Shown piece by piece: positions 59,236 through 64,000 of a DNA stretch of 64,000 nt (its first letter is position 1; the number at the start of each line of letters is the position of its first letter). Below the pieces are notes generated by a model. It saw nothing but the letters and a program-made list of their open reading frames with translations. It was not told where the DNA came from and did no database searches. The translations under genes and the position numbers were made by a program. Source of the stretch: Gemmatimonadota bacterium (GTDB lineage: Bacteria; 4572-55; J002); assembly GCA_003697105.1 (NCBI GenBank), contig RFFQ01000146.1, positions 10,565 to 74,564 on the forward strand, read 5' to 3'.

Positions 59236-60762
59236 ATGGCATCGAAAGATGATAACCTAGTTGGCAAATTTTTGGGCAAACTCAATAAGCCCTTATTTGA
59301 TAAAAAAGAGGAAAAAGTGCCGCCGGAAGCCCCTCCGGCCAAGGATGAAACCCCCGAGCCATCCTCTGCGGCAACACCCCCCCCCAACGCCGAACCTGCC
59401 CCTGTAGATTCAAATCCCGCCAATGAACACGAAACCGCTGTTACCGGCGCGGCAGAATTGTTGCTGGAATTTACCAATATGATCAACTCCTATCTTAATT
59501 ATGATGACCTCTTACAAGAAGCCCTTCGCCTTATGATCAAGTTGACCGGCGCCCGGCGCGGATTGATCATGACCTACGATTATAATGTCGGACGTCCTAA
59601 CTTTGAAGTCGCACAAGATAAACAGGGTAATTCCATTGCGGAGAAAGATTTTCGATTCAGCACTAGTGTTGTGGAGCGGGTGATTGAGTCCTATGAACCG
59701 GTAGTTATTACCGATATGGAAAAGGACGAAGAACTGGGGGGTGCGCATAGTGTCCGAATGCTTCAAATTCAGAGCGTGATGTGTGTACCGCTCAAAGCGG
59801 TCGTGGCAGATTCCGACAAACCGGAATTGCTGGGATTGGTCTATGTGGACAACAATTCGGTCACGAAAATTTTTGAGCAAAAAGATATGGAATTTTTGAT
59901 GGCATTGGCAAACCAAGCCGGTATTGCCCTCCACAACGCGCGGGTGTACAGCCAATTGAAAAAAGCACACCAAGAATTGTTGGAACTCGACCGGATGAAA
60001 AACGATTTTGTCACCATCACCACACACGAACTCCATACCCCCTTGACGGCGATTGTCGGATACTTGGATTTGATCGAAATGATCGATCTTTCCGCAGCAC
60101 CCAAAATTTTGCAGGAAGGGATTGAAATCATCAAAGAAAGTGTCAACACGCTTTCGGAAAAAATCCGGGAGATTACCCAGATTACCCAAATTGACTCCAA
60201 CCGGTTGGAACTCAAACTTCAACCCGTGCCTCTGAAAGATTTTATGCGCACCGTGTGCCGCCAACTTGCACCATTTGCCAAGCGCCGCCAGCAAAATTTT
60301 GTCCTCCAACTGCCAAAATCTTTACCCATTGTCCGCCTAGATCAGGATAAAATCACGATTGTTATCACCAACTTGGTGATGAATGCCATCCGGTTTACCC
60401 CGGACGAGGGGCAAATTACCGTCCGTGCCATGACCAATTCTCAAGATAGTGATGAAGTGGTGATCAGCATTTCGGATACCGGAATCGGCATTGCCGAGAA
60501 AGATTTTGACCGCATTTTTCAACCGTTTGTGGAATTGGGCGATGTCCTCAGCCATCGTTCCGGAACCATTGAATTTTTATCCAGTGGGCAAGGGTTAGGG
60601 TTGGCAATTGCCAAAGGAATTGTTGAGTCTCATCAGGGGCGAATCTGGGTGGAAAGCGAAGTTAAAAAAGGCAGTACCTTCTACTTCACACTCCCCATCA
60701 ACCCCGTAACCACCATGATTGATGCGAAATCAGTCCTTTATGGCTTAAGTCGTTCCGCCTAA
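59236..60762 (+). CDS. Cytoplasmic GAF sensor histidine kinase
   Basis: GAF (SVMCVPL..YVDN), THELHTPL, NAIRFTP, DTGIGI, GLGLAI. Confidence 0.93.
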   Translation: MASKDDNLVGKFLGKLNKPLFDKKEEKVPPEAPPAKDETPEPSSAATPPPNAEPAPVDSNPANEHETAVTGAAELLLEFTNMINSYLNYDDLLQEALRLMIKLTGARRGLIMTYDYNVGRPNFEVAQDKQGNSIAEKDFRFSTSVVERVIESYEPVVITDMEKDEELGGAHSVRMLQIQSVMCVPLKAVVADSDKPELLGLVYVDNNSVTKIFEQKDMEFLMALANQAGIALHNARVYSQLKKAHQELLELDRMKNDFVTITTHELHTPLTAIVGYLDLIEMIDLSAAPKILQEGIEIIKESVNTLSEKIREITQITQIDSNRLELKLQPVPLKDFMRTVCRQLAPFAKRRQQNFVLQLPKSLPIVRLDQDKITIVITNLVMNAIRFTPDEGQITVRAMTNSQDSDEVVISISDTGIGIAEKDFDRIFQPFVELGDVLSHRSGTIEFLSSGQGLGLAIAKGIVESHQGRIWVESEVKKGSTFYFTLPINPVTTMIDAKSVLYGLSRSA

Positions 60763-60890
60763 CCTCCCTTTTTCTCCCTCATGGGAATGAAAATTGCTTT
60801 ATTCCTTAGGTTTCGGGTAAAGACCCCCTTTACTGAAACCTGTGATCTTTGAATATATTCGACAGTCACCCTTAACTTTAGGAGGTGTAC

Positions 60891-62531
60891 ATGGATTTTA
60901 ATTATGAGAGATTGACTGAAACGCTCACGCCTTCAACGTTTGCACTTATACTTAAAAATTCATTTACAAAATCGGAAATTATAAATTATGCGCGAAAATG
61001 CGGGGTGAATTATCAAGGTCGGCGGATTAAATCGGTACCACTTCCGCAACTTATTGAAGACTTAAATGAAAATTTTCAAAATGATCCCAAATTTGCAAAA
61101 TCATTTATTCGATCTTTATCTAAAAAAAATGCAAATTATATCGACCGTTTCAAAGAGATGTCTCCTGCCGATATTCACGCCTATTTGGAGACCGAAAAAG
61201 CCAATTATGTTGCGCAAGATGCGGTTGGGAATATTCTATGTGCGTTATGGCTGGATACCCGTGATGATGTTCACCATCTTTACGACCAACTCCGGGATGA
61301 ATTGGTGGACTTGCTCAAACCAACCGCCCCAATCTCCCCCAAAAAGAATGGCGCCACCGTGACTCCCACAACTGAAACACCACCCGATAAATCGCCGGGA
61401 TCGATAACTGAAGCCGAAATTCATCACCCGCCCACAGACGAACTTCAGTTACTCAAAGAAGCGAATCAAAAGCTACAAAATGATCTTCGGACTGCCCAAC
61501 GTGAGATTCAACGACTTTCTGCGGCTTTAAAAGACCAGCAAGACGCCACAGAAGGTTTGCGAACGCGGCTCAAAACGCGGCGCACCGATGCCAAACAGTA
61601 TCAGGCAGAGCGGGATCAGTTGGAAAAAAAACTGAAAGCGGCACTGGAAGAAATCGAACATCTTAAAGCACAGTTAGCGCAACTCCAACCGCATACCGAC
61701 GTGATAGACGACCTCTACAGCCAAATCCGGCGTTTGGAACGGGAAAATCGTAAGTTGGAATACGATCTAAATAAAGCCAATCAAGATCGTCTGGAATGGC
61801 AATCCAAGCCAAACCCATTTTTTGAAGCGCTGGAAAAAGAGATGCGCTCTCAAAAAGAAGAATTGCGCCAATTACACTTGCTGGGTCAAGACCGGGATGA
61901 GAAGGTGTTGAGATTATTGAACTCAGTGATCCAGCAACAAGGACATACCCGCCGTGAGGTGGACCGGCTCCGTGAAATTTTGGAATCACAAGGTAAACGC
62001 CCACGAGGTAAAAGTGATTTGGAGCGCGTGGCGGTCTTTGTGGATGTCCAGAACATGTTTTATGGCGCGAAAAAGCAGTTCAATGCTCGCTTAGATTACG
62101 CCAAACTCCTAGATGCGGCGGTAGGCAAACGGCGGTTGATTCAAGCGACTGCTTACGTCGTGCAAACCCCGGAAATCGATCAGAGTGCGTTTGTATCTAT
62201 GCTCCAGCATCGAAATTACACCGTTAAAACTAAGGACTTACGGCTGCGGGCAGATGGATCCGCCAAAGGCGATTGGGACATGGGAATGGCGCTAGATATG
62301 CTCCGTATGGCGGAACGTGGCGTTGATGTGATCTCTTTGGTGAGTGGGGACGGCGATTTTGTCGATCTTGTCAACTTGATCAAAACCAAAGGGCCAAAAG
62401 TGGAAGTGTTTGCGTTTACGCAAAATATTGCGGTGGATTTGCGTGAAGCCGCCGACCACTTTTATGCGATTGGAACAGACCTGTTACTGGGGTTTGATAC
62501 CGTGAGTGAGGAAAAAGAAGCTGTTAGTTAA
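60891..62531 (+). CDS. Coiled-coil protein with C-terminal NYN (LabA/DUF88) domain
   Basis: AVFVDVQNM, KGDWDMGMALD, LVSGDGDF, GPKVEV, LREAADHF; central heptads; GGAGG SD. Confidence 0.88.
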   Translation: MDFNYERLTETLTPSTFALILKNSFTKSEIINYARKCGVNYQGRRIKSVPLPQLIEDLNENFQNDPKFAKSFIRSLSKKNANYIDRFKEMSPADIHAYLETEKANYVAQDAVGNILCALWLDTRDDVHHLYDQLRDELVDLLKPTAPISPKKNGATVTPTTETPPDKSPGSITEAEIHHPPTDELQLLKEANQKLQNDLRTAQREIQRLSAALKDQQDATEGLRTRLKTRRTDAKQYQAERDQLEKKLKAALEEIEHLKAQLAQLQPHTDVIDDLYSQIRRLERENRKLEYDLNKANQDRLEWQSKPNPFFEALEKEMRSQKEELRQLHLLGQDRDEKVLRLLNSVIQQQGHTRREVDRLREILESQGKRPRGKSDLERVAVFVDVQNMFYGAKKQFNARLDYAKLLDAAVGKRRLIQATAYVVQTPEIDQSAFVSMLQHRNYTVKTKDLRLRADGSAKGDWDMGMALDMLRMAERGVDVISLVSGDGDFVDLVNLIKTKGPKVEVFAFTQNIAVDLREAADHFYAIGTDLLLGFDTVSEEKEAVS

Positions 62532-62549
62532 ATACGATGGGGATTAACG

Positions 62550-64000
62550 ATGGCAACGCGGGAACGCCTCGGAAAACAACTCATCAAAGCCGGAAAACTC
62601 ACTGGAAAACAGTTAGACTATGCTTTAGCGCAACAAGCAAAAACCGCGCAGCGACTCGGCTCGATTTTGATTGAGCACCAACTGGCAACTCCGGCGGATG
62701 TCGGAACCGTGCTGGCAAACCAATTTCAACACCCGGCGATTGATCTGGCAACGGTGACACCCAGCAAAGAAGCCCTTGCCCGCATACCCCGAGTATTTGC
62801 GAAAGCACATCATGTGTTACCCTTGTGGTGTGACCACCACCAACTGGTGATCGCCGTTTGTGACCCTACCCACGCCAAACTCATTTCACGTTTGGCAGAT
62901 TTGACCGGAATGGTGATTGATACCCGGGTATGCCCTCAAATTTGTATTGATCGGGCGATTGAAATTTACTACACTCCGGCGGTATCCGGTCGTCGTCCGG
63001 CAACTGCCGCTGAAGGCTCTCCGAAGCGACCCGCCGTGGTTTGGAAAAATTCGCTTTTAATGGAGAAAATCCGGCAGGTAAAAGCACGTTCACCGCTCCC
63101 GCGCCGGATAAAACCGCCGATTTACACCGGATATTCATGGATATTACTTGTCTCAATATTGGCGCATTTTAGTTTTGGGTGGTGGATGTTTTCGATGCCA
63201 ATCGCACCCCATCGAATTGACATCCCGCCGAAACCGGAAGCGATTCGCATTGCTGGCTTTTTCCCCGAAAAACAGGAGTGGTTACCGGCTAAATTGGCAC
63301 CAGAACCGGCACCGGCAGTGAAAATCCCCCTGGCGGAACACGATGTTTCCGCACCGGATAATGCCCCTGCGCCGGAAATGGACCATCTACCGCGTGACCC
63401 CGAACCCACACCGGCACCGGTAGGTAAACCGGATGGCGAACCGTCGGGGACCTCCGCTCAGGAGGCTGTGGGCGGTGGAGATGGCAATCCTGCTCACGGT
63501 GTGGATGTCGGCTCACAAGGTGTTTTGAAATTTCTGACGGGGAAAGATGAATCCGGGAAGGCGTCTTCCCGTCGTGACGTGCAACAGGATGTGGATCGTG
63601 CCCTGCAACAGCGCGGTAAACTTACACGGGGGGGTCACGCTACCGGCTCGGAAACAGGTCGGGGTACTGGGCTAGAAGGGGAAGGTTATGCCCACACCGG
63701 TAGCCAGACAAGTGCTACCCAGTCCGTAAGATTGGGTAAAAACGGGACGGTTCACCCCAATGCGATTACGGCACTTCACGGTAGTGGTACCGGCGGTGCT
63801 AGCCGTAGCCGGACAGAAATTCAACAGCGGGTTGCCGCCTATCTGGTGGCAATCCGGAATTTGTATAATCAGGAGTTAAAAACATCACCCACGTTAGCTG
63901 GCCGGTTGGTCATTGAGTTTACCATTTTGGCAAATGGCACGTTGAGCGAGGTTCACATCCGCGAATCCACCTTGAACCATGACCGGTTTGAGCAGGATGT
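62550..64000 (+). CDS. MshEN/T2SSE_N - TM - Pro/Gly linker - AgmX/PglI (TonB-C-like) protein (runs off the right edge)
   Basis: Not in ORF track; manual translation open to the window end: RLGKQLIKAGKLTGKQLDYALAQQ, RLGSIL, VLPL..IAVCDP, TM VSILAH, RSRTEIQQRV..IRNLYNQELKTSPTLAGRLVIEFTILANG. Confidence 0.82.
   Translation, partial: MATRERLGKQLIKAGKLTGKQLDYALAQQAKTAQRLGSILIEHQLATPADVGTVLANQFQHPAIDLATVTPSKEALARIPRVFAKAHHVLPLWCDHHQLVIAVCDPTHAKLISRLADLTGMVIDTRVCPQICIDRAIEIYYTPAVSGRRPATAAEGSPKRPAVVWKNSLLMEKIRQVKARSPLPRRIKPPIYTGYSWILLVSILAHFSFGWWMFSMPIAPHRIDIPPKPEAIRIAGFFPEKQEWLPAKLAPEPAPAVKIPLAEHDVSAPDNAPAPEMDHLPRDPEPTPAPVGKPDGEPSGTSAQEAVGGGDGNPAHGVDVGSQGVLKFLTGKDESGKASSRRDVQQDVDRALQQRGKLTRGGHATGSETGRGTGLEGEGYAHTGSQTSATQSVRLGKNGTVHPNAITALHGSGTGGASRSRTEIQQRVAAYLVAIRNLYNQELKTSPTLAGRLVIEFTILANGTLSEVHIRESTLNHDRFEQD

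Noticed and set aside
59512-60309. Long antisense ORF (265 aa) and the many other overlapping track ORFs
   Set aside because: They shadow well-supported genes and show no recognisable motifs.

Overview
A 64 kb gene-dense bacterial chromosome segment with about 45 CDS and no rRNA, tRNA, CRISPR array or intact mobile element that I can see. A secreted S8 protease ending in NYPNPFNP/FlgD-Ig, a PorV-like barrel, alpha2beta2-type glyQ, Shine-Dalgarno sites and canonical TTGAC-17-TAnnnT promoters suggest a non-Bacteroidota FCB-type lineage (inference). Housekeeping genes are glyQ, ileS, queA, ftsW-murG, ppk1, lepB, pgeF and a ferredoxin, alongside many signalling proteins. Highlights: (1) a coupled pair of a ~1965-aa STAND-like ATPase-TPR-giant coiled coil with a 54-residue period and a membrane-anchored coiled-coil/PKD/FGE-like protein sharing the same Asn-bearing repeat, divergent from a 12xPKD protein; (2) a complete archaeal-type cyclic 2,3-diphosphoglycerate pathway inside a glyQ operon; (3) unusual motility/positioning fusions (BY-kinase-like ATPase-TM-2xSPOR next to an MCP, ExeA plus ParP-like CheW, MshEN-TM-AgmX/TonB-C); (4) a membrane-anchored Schlafen/AlbA_2 protein and a coiled-coil-NYN RNase; (5) decayed remnants (Imm31-like, GH13, Uma2). 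All family calls come from motif recognition by eye; no searches were run.
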